Assembly (NCBI GenBank): GCA_958296135.2
Contig: CATQHZ020000001.1
Coordinates: 128,001 to 192,000, forward strand
Direction of reading: 5' to 3'
Source of the DNA: an uncultured Poribacteria bacterium
Lineage (GTDB): Bacteria; Poribacteria; WGA-4E; WGA-3G
Length of the DNA stretch: 64,000 nt
The position numbers and the translations under genes were made by a program. The notes under the pieces were generated by a model. The model did no database searches, was not told the origin of the DNA, and was given only the letters and a program-made list of their open reading frames with translations. Positions 41,019 through 51,183 of this stretch are shown here, piece by piece. Within the stretch, counting starts at the first letter, position 1; every line of letters starts with the position of its first letter.

Positions 41019-43088
41019 TTATTCACTACTGAGGCCATAGAGCGCAGACACCTCCCGCTCCAACGCAGCCTCAAGCCCAGACACATCCGCCGCAAAATCC
41101 GCGTGCTTCGCAGACAGAATCGCATCAACTAACGCAACAACCGGTGCCTGCTGCGCCGGCGAAACATCCGGAATCGGCAGCTGCTTCCAATCATCAGGAT
41201 AGATATGGATATTGCTCCGACGATTCGCCATTAAGAAATCACGCGCAACGCGGGAATTCATCACGCCAAGAAGGAACTTCACGGAAAACCGACGACTCAT
41301 TTCTTCCAATTCTTCGCGACGCGGGAGTTCCGGACGCTGCGGCTTTTCATCACGATAACGAGCCTTCTGTTTTATCGCTCTGTTCCGCACGCCTGCTAAA
41401 TCGTGCCAAAGCGTGAAGGACCAGGCTGATTGATTATGACGGAGGTGCCGGTCATCGTAGGAGACCTTTAATTTTTTCACGCCGGCCGCCATGTCCGCCG
41501 AAATTAATCTCTCCGCGACTTCGTATAATTCGGGGAACGTTGTTGACGTGAACAAGGCAGGCGCACGCTCTGTCCCCCACTCCAGCCATTTATTTGTCGC
41601 AGGGAGCCATCTCGCGAGATGCTTCCCTTCTACAAACGGCTTCGGGTGAGTTTCGTCGTGGACATCTGAAACCAGATCTCGGACACCGAATGCCCCGCGC
41701 GCTTGCTTGTTCGCATGCACTACCATCCCAACCGAAATATAGCAAATGGTGTCAAGCGTCACCGTTGGAACAGTGAATTGTTGAACTTCAGTATCTTCTG
41801 GGAAAAAGAGACGATGGGTGAGGTTCTGTTGCGCATCAGTTGACAATAGGGTAACGTTACCAAATTCAGGAGCGTGCACGCGGCGTTCCGGCTCATGCTC
41901 GCTCCCAGCAGCTCTCTGAAACAGATAGGTGATATTCCGCACAGCGGCATCGAAGATTTGAATATCCCGGAAGAAGTTAAGACAGCATATCCGGCTATTC
42001 TCCCGAAACCACTCCTGCGATTTCAAGGCATACTTCGCGTGGCAATAAGCATCCGAGACGATGAGCGTCGTGAAACCACCGGGCTTGAGTAGTTTGTAAC
42101 TCCGCTCAATGAACGGAATATAGAGGTCCCACTTTCCGAAGAGGGTTTCGTACTGCGCGCTATCCTTAATTGCCTGACGCAGTGCCTGTTGCCCAGGGGC
42201 ATCCGCTCTGACATAAGGCGGATTGCCAATCGTAATATCAAACCCCTCTGAAATCCCAAACATCCATTCCGCATCGAAGAAATCGGCAACAGCGTTTTGG
42301 TTATAGGGCTCCCACGCTGCGAGCTCTTGTGCAGTGCCGCTCGGCAAACCTAAATCGCGCAACAACGCGCTTATCTCCCGACGAAGCCGCGCATCCTGCT
42401 GACGATACCGTTCCTTCGTCTGAGGCGTGCGAGCGGTGAAATGACGACGACGCACCTCTGCTAACTGCCGCTCTTTCTCACTAATTTCAGTACTGCGGAG
42501 AGACAATTGTCCTTCAATGCCGAGCAGCGTATTCGCCGCGACGAACTTCGTCTCCAGATTCGGCAGGGGCCGCACGCCGCGGTTCGCCTTCGTGTCGTCT
42601 AGCCGCTGCTCAACGATGAGCGAGATGAAGAAGCGCAGTTTGGCAATCTGCGTCGCAATCGGCTGGATATCCACGCCGTAGATGCAGTGCTCTATCAGGT
42701 AGAGTTTCCTGCCGTAGTCTAACTCGTTCCGTTCAAATGCCTCATTAATGCTCTCTATCTCGCGTTCAAGTTCACCGATGGTGCTTTCGCGGAAGGTGCT
42801 GTCGTCAATCTGCTCAGCGGCGGCGATAGTGCGGCGCACCCTGTCTATCTGGCGTTGCCGCCACTGCGCATTGCCCGGGTCCAGTTTGCTCAACAGAAAG
42901 ACGAGTTTGTGCAGGATGCCCATCGGGAAGGCACCGGAGCCGCACGCCGGATCGAGGATTTTGAGCGAGTCAATTGCATGAATGAGCTGCGCGGTTTCTG
43001 CTTCGGTGAACCGATGCGGTTCATCGGTATAGGCGAGCAGGTGCAGCAGGGCTGCGTCCAAATCGGTGCGTTCTACCCCCCCCCTCAT
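41019..43088 (-). CDS. Type IIG (Eco57I-like) R-M enzyme, C-terminal part (adenine MTase motifs plus specificity region)
   Basis: ILDPACGSGAF (motif I), IYGVDI, PLPNLE, GFDI.IGNPPY (motif IV), DLY..FIE, FLLGVMNS, LPIP. Confidence 0.88.
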   Translation of the reverse strand: MRGGVERTDLDAALLHLLAYTDEPHRFTEAETAQLIHAIDSLKILDPACGSGAFPMGILHKLVFLLSKLDPGNAQWRQRQIDRVRRTIAAAEQIDDSTFRESTIGELEREIESINEAFERNELDYGRKLYLIEHCIYGVDIQPIATQIAKLRFFISLIVEQRLDDTKANRGVRPLPNLETKFVAANTLLGIEGQLSLRSTEISEKERQLAEVRRRHFTARTPQTKERYRQQDARLRREISALLRDLGLPSGTAQELAAWEPYNQNAVADFFDAEWMFGISEGFDITIGNPPYVRADAPGQQALRQAIKDSAQYETLFGKWDLYIPFIERSYKLLKPGGFTTLIVSDAYCHAKYALKSQEWFRENSRICCLNFFRDIQIFDAAVRNITYLFQRAAGSEHEPERRVHAPEFGNVTLLSTDAQQNLTHRLFFPEDTEVQQFTVPTVTLDTICYISVGMVVHANKQARGAFGVRDLVSDVHDETHPKPFVEGKHLARWLPATNKWLEWGTERAPALFTSTTFPELYEVAERLISADMAAGVKKLKVSYDDRHLRHNQSAWSFTLWHDLAGVRNRAIKQKARYRDEKPQRPELPRREELEEMSRRFSVKFLLGVMNSRVARDFLMANRRSNIHIYPDDWKQLPIPDVSPAQQAPVVALVDAILSAKHADFAADVSGLEAALEREVSALYGLSSE

Positions 43089-44643
43089 ATCTGTTAAGCC
43101 TTAAGGCACTCTTGAGATACGCCATCAGCGATGCGTCTACCATGTAATTGACGATTTCACGCGGCGTGTAGAAAGAGCCTGTCTGCTTGCGCGCGGTGGT
43201 GCCGGTTTCGGGATTATAGGCGGCAAGGAGGTTCTCGAAGACGCGCCCGAGCAGCTCGGGGTCCAACGCGACTTCCGCCTCAATCGGCGTGTTCTCGGCC
43301 ATCGTGAACTTATAGCGGTTGAGGATGTTGAGGATGCCGCGCACGGTATAGCGTCGGTTTTTTGTGCCGTAGACAGCGTTGAGCTCCACCTCCTGTTCTG
43401 CGGCGAAGAAGAGTTCGTTGGGGACATGGAGAGGGTTTTCCTCCCGGTCTGAAAAACCGTCAACCCGTAAGAGGCGTTTTGGACGTTCCGCATCGGGTTT
43501 GTCAAGGCACTCAAACAGTCCACCGTTGAGGAACGGAATGGACTCAAACAGACGAAGTGCTCCCTCTGCATCCCGGAAATAACGTTTGTATCGGTAGCGC
43601 GACGTGATGTTATAGTGCTGCCGCCCATCGCCGCGAAACTTGCGCCGCGTCGGATGTGCCGGCGTGTTCATCTCCTGATTGAGAGTGGCGAAAAATAGGT
43701 TCTGGAGAATGGCTTGGTAGTAGGTGCTCTCGTGCGGCGGCATCGCGCCCGGAAGGTCGCGCCGACCGGTAAGGAGTTTTTTTATCTCCGTTTCGTCAAA
43801 GAGCGCATCCGGGACGAGCCCTTTCTCCTTCAGAAACCAGACGAAGATGAGACGCGTAATCAGCCGAATGACGCACGTCGCGTTGCGCACGGCGACATCC
43901 TCACCGGCATCCGCGGGAAAGGTGACGTTCTCGACGGCCCAGAAATACCAGTCAGCGAGTTCGCGGAAGAAGCGTTTATTGAGCACCGAACTATCCAACG
44001 TTTTCTGCCATGCCTGATGCAATTCAAGGAAATTGGTAAAGCCGTGCGCGCGATGCAGTGCGCCGAGGGATAAGTCGGCGAGAATCTCAACGTGCGCACG
44101 ATGCGGGGTGACAACGTCAATATCCTTGATGAGGCTGACTTTTTCAAGGACATCGCGTTCTCCGTCGCGTCGGCTCGGACGGCGGTGGATGATGGCGAAA
44201 GTGAGCGACTGTCCGTGCTGGAAAAGGAGCAGCGCGGGTATAGCGAAGACTTTGTTGACTTCGCGGGTGATGCTGGCAAGCGCGGTGCGGCTGTAAGTGC
44301 TTCCCTTCAATTTCACGGCAAGGAAGAGATAGGAACGGTAGATGGCCGGATCGACCGTGGTGTGCGTTGCGAGCTCGAACCCCGAGGGCATTCCTTCAGT
44401 AATTTCCTTTTCGGTGAGTTGGAAGAGGAAGTCGACGGTGTGCCATTCGGGGAGCAATGCCTTTTCCGGATGGAGTTGCCACCGCGCGAGGAATCCCTCG
44501 GCGGTGTTGGGTTCAATGTGAAGCGTTCGGTTGCTTGCGTAACCTAACACGCGGAAGAGATGACGCGCATTCTCGGCAAAATGCCCGGCGGTGAAGCCGT
44601 GGAGTGCCGCTTTAATCTGTGCTTTGTGGGATATGTCGTTCAT
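43021..44643 (-). CDS. Type IIG R-M enzyme, N-terminal part (out of frame at a G9 tract)
   Basis: LNKRFF.EL..W, VIRLITRLIFVWFLKEK, LQNLFF..LN, IPFLNGGLF, LDPELLG.VFENLL, RKQTGSFYTPREIV.YM. Confidence 0.88.
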   Translation of the reverse strand: MNDISHKAQIKAALHGFTAGHFAENARHLFRVLGYASNRTLHIEPNTAEGFLARWQLHPEKALLPEWHTVDFLFQLTEKEITEGMPSGFELATHTTVDPAIYRSYLFLAVKLKGSTYSRTALASITREVNKVFAIPALLLFQHGQSLTFAIIHRRPSRRDGERDVLEKVSLIKDIDVVTPHRAHVEILADLSLGALHRAHGFTNFLELHQAWQKTLDSSVLNKRFFRELADWYFWAVENVTFPADAGEDVAVRNATCVIRLITRLIFVWFLKEKGLVPDALFDETEIKKLLTGRRDLPGAMPPHESTYYQAILQNLFFATLNQEMNTPAHPTRRKFRGDGRQHYNITSRYRYKRYFRDAEGALRLFESIPFLNGGLFECLDKPDAERPKRLLRVDGFSDREENPLHVPNELFFAAEQEVELNAVYGTKNRRYTVRGILNILNRYKFTMAENTPIEAEVALDPELLGRVFENLLAAYNPETGTTARKQTGSFYTPREIVNYMVDASLMAYLKSALRLNRYEGGGRTHRFGRSPAAPARLYR

Positions 44644-45649
44644 AAGTCTCATTTAGGAAAGCCGTGAGTTCCTCGAAGTTATCAAAGATGCGCTCGCATA
44701 AGTTTTCAAAGAAAATGCTCCGCTCGCCGCTGTAAACAGCGTAGACAGGCTTGTTATAGCGAGAGGCGTAGTTCATCTCACTCAGCACGCCGGGCGACAG
44801 TTTGTCGGTGGGGTAGATAACGACGACGAAATCGCTCTGATGGAGGAACTGATAATCGCGTGAGATGGTGCGCGTCTTAATCTGCTCAATGACTTTCTCA
44901 TCAATCGTCGGGAGGCGGCGGTCCAACCCTATCGTAGAAGATTGGCTTTCTCGGACGAGAGCCATGTCCTTGATAGAGAGCGGGTCGAAGACAATAAATT
45001 CCGTTCGTAGTTTTTCGCCGAGGGCACGAATCGCCTCAATCTCCTCCGGTGTCTCTGTCAAAATCGTAATCGGGTAACTGAGATACAGCGTCGGTTTTGA
45101 GGAGAAGAGCAGTTCGTAAAAGTTGTCGAGTGGGTGCTGGCGCGCGACGGTGTAGTGCGGTTTCTGATAAAGATTCGCGAGCTGCTTCGTCAGGAATTCC
45201 TCTTCGTCGAGCCAGACGTTGAGCGTGTCATGTCCGACATTGTTCCATTGCGGATTGTTCGCCATCCGGTTGGCGATGTCGGCGATGTTGTCAACAACGT
45301 TGATGAAAAGATCCGGTGGGAAGCACTCGATGTCCTTAAACGAGATGCCTTCCAGGAGGGTGCCTCTCCAGCGGAAGCAGGCGTGTAGCCCGATGACAGC
45401 GTGTTCGGAGTCGTCGGCGCGGCTGGCGATTTCATAGAAAGCAGCACGGCGCGCGAGAGATAAGACGGCCGGGTCGGAATCAAGCACCTTTTCGGTGAAT
45501 CGGATGCCGGATGCGGCGGCTGCGCGATGCATGAAATCGCCGACGTTAAAGAAGCCGATGTCCGTCTCTTTTTCGAGACAGAGTGCCTCAAAATCGGCGA
45601 TGAGTTCTTTGCGGCCGGCGCAACTGATGCCAGTGCAGATGATGTTCAT
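44612..45649 (-). CDS. NMP-kinase-like P-loop domain fused to a nucleoside 2-deoxyribosyltransferase-like domain
   Basis: N-terminal IICTGISCAGRK deviant P-loop resembling archaeal adenylate kinase; C-terminal LYLSYP, VFDP, RDY....SD.VVV, SPGV.SE..YA...KPVY. Confidence 0.6.
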   Translation of the reverse strand: MNIICTGISCAGRKELIADFEALCLEKETDIGFFNVGDFMHRAAAASGIRFTEKVLDSDPAVLSLARRAAFYEIASRADDSEHAVIGLHACFRWRGTLLEGISFKDIECFPPDLFINVVDNIADIANRMANNPQWNNVGHDTLNVWLDEEEFLTKQLANLYQKPHYTVARQHPLDNFYELLFSSKPTLYLSYPITILTETPEEIEAIRALGEKLRTEFIVFDPLSIKDMALVRESQSSTIGLDRRLPTIDEKVIEQIKTRTISRDYQFLHQSDFVVVIYPTDKLSPGVLSEMNYASRYNKPVYAVYSGERSIFFENLCERIFDNFEELTAFLNETYERHIPQSTD

Positions 45650-45768
45650 AGTTTTGTTCCTTCGTCCGTAGAGTGCGAGTTCTTGTCCCGCGCGAGTCCG
45701 TTCGTCCGTAGGGCGAGGGAAAACCCGGCGAGCGCGAATCGCCGAGGGTTCCCCTCGCCCTGCCGCCC

Positions 45769-46554
45769 CTACGAAGATAATTGGGCTAGTGCCTCCTGCT
45801 CTTCTATTTGCCACGGGCGGTGTGCCGGTGTCTCTAATTTTCTCGGCGGGCCACCGAAAACGAGGATGTAGGCACGCCGCACTTGCGCGGTGCTATTCGG
45901 TGCAGAATAGTGCAAAGTCCGACAGTGATGGAACGTGGCACCTCCGGCCGGTAGCGGACACGCGACTGCCGCCGATGTATCCACATCGTCCGTGACTAAG
46001 CCATGGACGAGCGGATCGTTGTCGATATGCCGATGCCACCGCACAGCACCTTTGTGGGACTTCGGAATGAATTGCAGGCAGCCACTCTCCACCGTCGCCG
46101 TGTCAAGCGGCAGCCAGACACTGAGACTGTGCGGCAAGACTTCGGGATTCCAGTACGCTTCGTCTTGGTGCCACGGAGTTTCGTTGCCATAGTGCGCCGG
46201 CTTCAAGATCATGTGCCCGCCACCGTTGACTTTGTCGCTATCAACACTGAGCAGTGCGGCGGCGAGCCGGTGCGCGTTTTGGAAATAGAACGTCTCGCGC
46301 AGTGCCGGGAATTGTGCCTCCGGTCCGAGCACTTGGGGCAGCGTTTCGCGGCCTTTATGTGCACGGGGGCCGGCAAGATCGAAGTAGCGTCCCTCCGCTT
46401 CGCCGGTGCGCTCCGTGAAAAGTTCGTCGTAGATGCCTTTTAGGTACTCTACCTCTTCATCCGTCGTGATGCGCGGGATGCTGAGGTATCCGTTCGCCTG
46501 AAAGAATGCGACTTGTTCGTCTGTTATGTCAACGTGGAAGTTATTAGGTTTCAT
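45769..46554 (-). CDS. PhyH-family dioxygenase
   Basis: F..NGY, TPWHQD, VWLPLD.AT..SGC..FIP.SH, FHH..TLH...PN.....RRA. Confidence 0.9.
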   Translation of the reverse strand: MKPNNFHVDITDEQVAFFQANGYLSIPRITTDEEVEYLKGIYDELFTERTGEAEGRYFDLAGPRAHKGRETLPQVLGPEAQFPALRETFYFQNAHRLAAALLSVDSDKVNGGGHMILKPAHYGNETPWHQDEAYWNPEVLPHSLSVWLPLDTATVESGCLQFIPKSHKGAVRWHRHIDNDPLVHGLVTDDVDTSAAVACPLPAGGATFHHCRTLHYSAPNSTAQVRRAYILVFGGPPRKLETPAHRPWQIEEQEALAQLSS

Positions 46555-46613
46555 ACATTCACCGAAAAATGTGAATCCACTATTCCGTAGGCGCGCTTTG
46601 TAAGCACGCCCAT

Positions 46614-48389
46614 TCACCGAATTAAAATATCATAAGGTAAAATAGTGAGGACATGCTCGTTTTTGAACAGACTCAGCATCACCGAAATATAATGCCACTG
46701 CGCTTGCATCGCCGGGATAGGGAGATGAGTAGACAGCGAGATTTTCGCGCCCGGTGCTTCTATCATGTTCTCTAGCATCCGTTCAAAGAAGGTTCGCGGT
46801 TTCGGCAGCACGATGAGTTGCGGTTCATCTTCCTCGTCGAAGCCGCCCTGTTGCTTGGCGATGGCGAGTGCCTTCTCCAAGCCGCCGAGCTCATCGACGA
46901 GGCCGAGTGCTTTCGCCTGCTTCCCTGTCCAAACTCTCCCCTGTGCGATGGTGTCGATTTCGGCATAAGACTTGCCTCGGCCTTCTGCCGCTTTGCGAAC
47001 AAAATCTTGGTAGACGGTTTTCATCAACTTCTCGACGCGTTCGCGTTCTGTCGCAGTGAAACCGCCGTAATCGGAGTAAAGCGTGGCGTTCGTGCCGTGC
47101 GCGAGGATTTCCTTCGTCAAACCGACTTTGTTATAGAGCCCTTTCAGGTTGAGTTTGCCGCCGAACACGCCGATGGAACCGGTGAGCGTCCCCGGTTGCG
47201 CAACGATGGTGCCTGCCGCCATGGCGATGTAGTAACCGCCGGAGGCAGCAGTATCGGACATGGAGACGATGACAGGCTTTTCGCGCTGCGTTCGCACCAC
47301 CTCGCGCCAAATCAGATCGGCGGCGAGAGCAGAACCGCCAGGGCTATCCACGCGTAGCACGACTGCATGCACCAGTTTGTCCTCGCGCGCCTTTTGAAAC
47401 GCTGCCCGCAATTCGCCCGGGGTAATCACGGCGGAAGTGGCGAAAATGTCGTCAACGCCTGTCAGAATCGGGCCACTCGCATAGATGAGGGCGAGTTTCG
47501 GTAATTCCGTTTTCGGCTGGGCACGCTGCGAGGAGCTCAGCATTGAGAACAACTGCATAAACCCCGCGAAACCGTTCATATTCGGCACTTTCCGCGCCCG
47601 TTCGCTGTCAGGAGTATAGATTTGGACGGTTTCATCGGTTTTGAGCGCGGCGAGGAATTCGTCGTAATATTGCAGCGCGTCGACGAGGTTCGCCGCGCGC
47701 GCTTCTTCGGCCGTGAAAGGCCCTTGATTTATCAGTGCCGCAACCGTTCCCGGGTCTACTCCGGCGCGCCCTTCCGCCACCATGGCACAGAGCTGTCCGT
47801 AAAGCTCATCAAGGAGTGCTGTCATTGATTCGCGAAAGGAATCAGACATGCTGTCGCGCGTATAGGGTTCGGTGCCGGATTTGTATTTTCCCACCGCGAG
47901 CATATCGGCGTGGACATCCAACTTCTCCAACAATCCTTTGAAGAAGAGGATTTCGGCGCGCAACCCGGTGAGGTTCAGGCTGCCGCTCGGCATCAAGAGG
48001 ATGCGATTCGCCGCCGCGGCGAGAGCGTACTCGGCTGTGCCGCCGCTCTCCAGATAAGCGATAGTATCTTTCCCAGCGGCGCGAAGTTCAAGCAGTTTGT
48101 TTTGAATCTCCTGCAGTTTCGCCCATCCGACGCTGACATCCTTGATTTTCAAGATGATACCTGTCAGTTCGTCATCGCCTCTGAACCCTTCGAGTTTTTT
48201 GAGGAGCCCACGAAGGGTTTGCGTTGACGAATTCCCGAAGACACTGACGATTTTGACATCGGGATAGGAGCCGCTCAGCGTGAGTTCAACGTAGTTCTTC
48301 GCCGCCGGCGGTGTGGCCTCGATGCTCTCTTCGGCGAACACAGGTGAGACGATGAGGAGGAACGCGATAAGTATGTATAACGATTTCAT
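46614..48389 (-). CDS. sppA: Signal peptide peptidase SppA (two-domain, 67K type)
   Basis: Y.LA.AA..I, GKYKS..EP, LRVDSPGGS, SM...AASGGYY, TLTGSIGV, QGRVWTG.QA...GLVD.LG. Confidence 0.93.
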   Translation of the reverse strand: MKSLYILIAFLLIVSPVFAEESIEATPPAAKNYVELTLSGSYPDVKIVSVFGNSSTQTLRGLLKKLEGFRGDDELTGIILKIKDVSVGWAKLQEIQNKLLELRAAGKDTIAYLESGGTAEYALAAAANRILLMPSGSLNLTGLRAEILFFKGLLEKLDVHADMLAVGKYKSGTEPYTRDSMSDSFRESMTALLDELYGQLCAMVAEGRAGVDPGTVAALINQGPFTAEEARAANLVDALQYYDEFLAALKTDETVQIYTPDSERARKVPNMNGFAGFMQLFSMLSSSQRAQPKTELPKLALIYASGPILTGVDDIFATSAVITPGELRAAFQKAREDKLVHAVVLRVDSPGGSALAADLIWREVVRTQREKPVIVSMSDTAASGGYYIAMAAGTIVAQPGTLTGSIGVFGGKLNLKGLYNKVGLTKEILAHGTNATLYSDYGGFTATERERVEKLMKTVYQDFVRKAAEGRGKSYAEIDTIAQGRVWTGKQAKALGLVDELGGLEKALAIAKQQGGFDEEDEPQLIVLPKPRTFFERMLENMIEAPGAKISLSTHLPIPAMQAQWHYISVMLSLFKNEHVLTILPYDILIR

Positions 48390-48489
48390 GGGGTTCTCCC
48401 TATTATTTTGATGTATTTATTCTAGCATGAAGGTTGGTTTTGTGTCAAACGTTTTTTAATGATGCATGTTCGGTTCAGTTGCGCCGCCT

Positions 48490-49070
48490 TAGTCCGTATC
48501 GCGTTGGCTTGTCCTCCGCGATGTCGCGTTCATCTGCGCCTCCTTAGTCCGTAGCGCGGGGGCCGTCACGGTCACGCCTACAGCAAACGTGCGTGTGTCG
48601 CCCTGCGTCAACACGGTCACGTCTACAGCAAACGTGCGTGTGTCGCCCCGCGTAAACACGCTACCTTACTTTAACGTTGTCATCTCTGCCGCCTCGCTGC
48701 AGAGATGTCCACTGTCCCCCGCGATGCCGCGTTCAGTTGCGCCGCCTTAGTCCGTAGCGCGGGGGCCGTCACGGTCACGCCTACAGCAAACGTGCGTGTG
48801 TCGCCCTGCGTCAACACGGTCACGTCTACAGCAAACGTGCGTGTGTCGCCCCGCGTAAACACGGTCACGTCTACAGAAAAAGTGCGTGTGTCGCCCCGCG
48901 TAAACACGGTCACGTCTACAGAAAAAGTGCGTGTGTCGCCCCGCGTAAACACGCTACCTTACTTACTTTAACGTTGTCATCTCTGCCGCCTCGCTGCAGA
49001 GATGTCCACTGTCCCCCGCGATGCTCCACGCGCCCAACACGGCGAGGGCCCGTCCCTCGCCCTACGAGTG
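48490..49070. repeat. REP-like cluster containing arrays of 2 and 4 tandem 45-bp units
   Basis: CACGGTCACG(T/C)CTACAG(C/A)AAA(C/A)GTGCGTGTGTCGCCC(C/T)GCGT(A/C)AA repeats inside GTAGCGCGGGGGC...CTGTCCCCCGCGAT. Confidence 0.9.
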
Positions 49071-49084
49071 CCGGACAAGTTCGT

Positions 49085-51181
49085 CTATTTGCCAATCTGA
49101 TTCGCAATGAGGGTTAAATCTAAGATGTTGACGATACCGTCACCGTTCAGGTCTGGTGAAGTCTCACCGAAGCGAGAAGCGACTTGCTGCAGATCTAAGA
49201 GGTTAACGACTTCATCACCGTTGACATCTGCCAGAATGTGGATGCGATACGGCGCGATGTCCCACAGGATGAGTGTGCCGTCATAACTCGCGCTTATCAG
49301 CGTGGTGCCATCCGGTGAGAAGCCGACGGTAGTGATGGCAGCGGCGGCGGAAAACGAAAGCAGGTTCGTGTGCCCGGTAAACAAGGCGAGCTGTTTGCCG
49401 GTGGATGCTTCCCAGAGTCGGACGGTGTTGTCGTGGCTGCCGCTGGCGAGCAGTGTTCCATCGGGTGAAAAGGCTAACGTGGTGACATCCTGGGCGTGGC
49501 CGCTGGGATAGATGTCGAGCGGCTTCCCAGTCTCTACGTTCCAGAGAAGAATCGCGCCGCGATAGGTGCCGGTGGCGACGATGCCCTGGTCTGGCGAGAA
49601 CGCGATGGGTGTGGGTAATCCACCGGAGACGCTTTGGAGATTTTGAGGTGGTTCCGCTGCTTGTTCGGTATAGGTATCCCACACTTGCAATGAAACAGGC
49701 CACCCCGTCAATGCGTTCTCATGGCCCCATCCACCAGCGAGCAGGCTTCCCGCTGCTGTCCACGTTATGCCTTCAACCAGCTGTTTGTCAAAGGTAGTCT
49801 GCAGTGTGTCTGTGTACGGTGGAAAGCGCGCGTTCCATACCCGAATTGTGTCGTCCTTACTAGCACTAGCGAAGGTGGTTCCATTGGGGGAGAAAGCGAG
49901 AGCAAACACTTCCGCTGTATGTTCAGAAAGTGTTGCGCGTCGGTGTTGCGTCTGCATATCCCACAGGTGCATTGTGCCATCCCCATCTGCGCTGACGAGG
50001 AGTCTGCTATCCGGGGAAAAGGCGACAGCGGTGATGGCGCGCGTATGTCCTTCAAGCGTCGCCATCAGTTCATACGTGTGTGCATCCCACAAATAGAGGC
50101 GGCTGCGAGAACGGCTTCCATCGGCAGCGATAGTTTTTCCATCGGGAGAGATGGCAAACGTGCCGATGCCCTCAGTCCAGCCGGTGAGAGGGGTTTGGCG
50201 TTCGCCGGTGCGCAGATTCCAGAAGTGCAAGGTGCTGTCTTCTGCTGCACTGACGAGGGTTTCTCCATCAGGAGAGAAGGCTATTGCGCGGAGTTCGACT
50301 GCATGGCCGTCAAACGTTGTCTGGAGCGCACCGGTGTGCGCATGCCACAGGTGAATCTTTCCCTCCCAATTTCCACTGGCGAGTGTCGCACCGTCTGGGG
50401 AGAAGGCAATCGTCCGAATACCTATTGTACCTTCTGGCGACATGAAAGTAGATATCGGGCGGCCGGTCTTCACATTCCACAGCCGAATCATGTTTGCATG
50501 GCCTGCACCGGCTAAAGTTTTTCCATCAGGTGAAAAGGCCAACGTATAATTTCGGACCCAGTCTGTCTCAAGTGTTGCCTTCCTTTCACCTGTATATGGA
50601 TTCCACAAATGGATTGCGCCGTCCCACCACTCTCCACTAGCTAAGGTTTGCGCATCCGGTGAAAAGGCTAACGTCCAACTCCCATTCTGATGTTCGGTGA
50701 GGTGGTATTGTTGTCTACCGGTGTGGGCATCCCACACGCGAATGCCCTCAGAATCTCCGCTGGCGAGCGTTGTGCCATCAGGTGAGAACGCGAGGCTATA
50801 CAGCCATTCTTCATGTCCAAAAAGGGTGCTGCGGTGTTGTCCGGTTTTGGCATCCCAAAGCCGCACCGTCCTGTCAACACTCGCGCTGGCAAGCGTGTTG
50901 CTGTCCGGCGAAAACGCTACCTTGCGTACCCACCCGGTATGTCCTGTCAGCAAGGAGATTTCCTCATAAGTGCTTGCATCATAGAGCCAAATCCCGATGG
51001 AACTCGCAACAGCAAACTGCGTGCCATCTGGCGAAAAGGCGATGTCGGTGATAAAGCCTTTGCCGAGGCGGGCAAGCGCGCCTTCGGGCAATGCTGCCTG
51101 GGCGCGCGAAACCCAAATTGAAGCGGAGATGAGGGTGAACAGTAGGAAAGCCATCCGGTTCCTGAGAAGTGGGTATCTCAT
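49085..51181 (-). CDS. Secreted WD40 protein (about 13-14 blades) with C-terminal dockerin-like pair
   Basis: LPEGA.ARLGKG start motif, many AFSPDG.TLAS units, DVNGDEVVNLLDL...DLNGDGIVNILDL. Confidence 0.9.
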   Translation of the reverse strand: MRYPLLRNRMAFLLFTLISASIWVSRAQAALPEGALARLGKGFITDIAFSPDGTQFAVASSIGIWLYDASTYEEISLLTGHTGWVRKVAFSPDSNTLASASVDRTVRLWDAKTGQHRSTLFGHEEWLYSLAFSPDGTTLASGDSEGIRVWDAHTGRQQYHLTEHQNGSWTLAFSPDAQTLASGEWWDGAIHLWNPYTGERKATLETDWVRNYTLAFSPDGKTLAGAGHANMIRLWNVKTGRPISTFMSPEGTIGIRTIAFSPDGATLASGNWEGKIHLWHAHTGALQTTFDGHAVELRAIAFSPDGETLVSAAEDSTLHFWNLRTGERQTPLTGWTEGIGTFAISPDGKTIAADGSRSRSRLYLWDAHTYELMATLEGHTRAITAVAFSPDSRLLVSADGDGTMHLWDMQTQHRRATLSEHTAEVFALAFSPNGTTFASASKDDTIRVWNARFPPYTDTLQTTFDKQLVEGITWTAAGSLLAGGWGHENALTGWPVSLQVWDTYTEQAAEPPQNLQSVSGGLPTPIAFSPDQGIVATGTYRGAILLWNVETGKPLDIYPSGHAQDVTTLAFSPDGTLLASGSHDNTVRLWEASTGKQLALFTGHTNLLSFSAAAAITTVGFSPDGTTLISASYDGTLILWDIAPYRIHILADVNGDEVVNLLDLQQVASRFGETSPDLNGDGIVNILDLTLIANQIGK

Positions 51182-51183
51182 TG

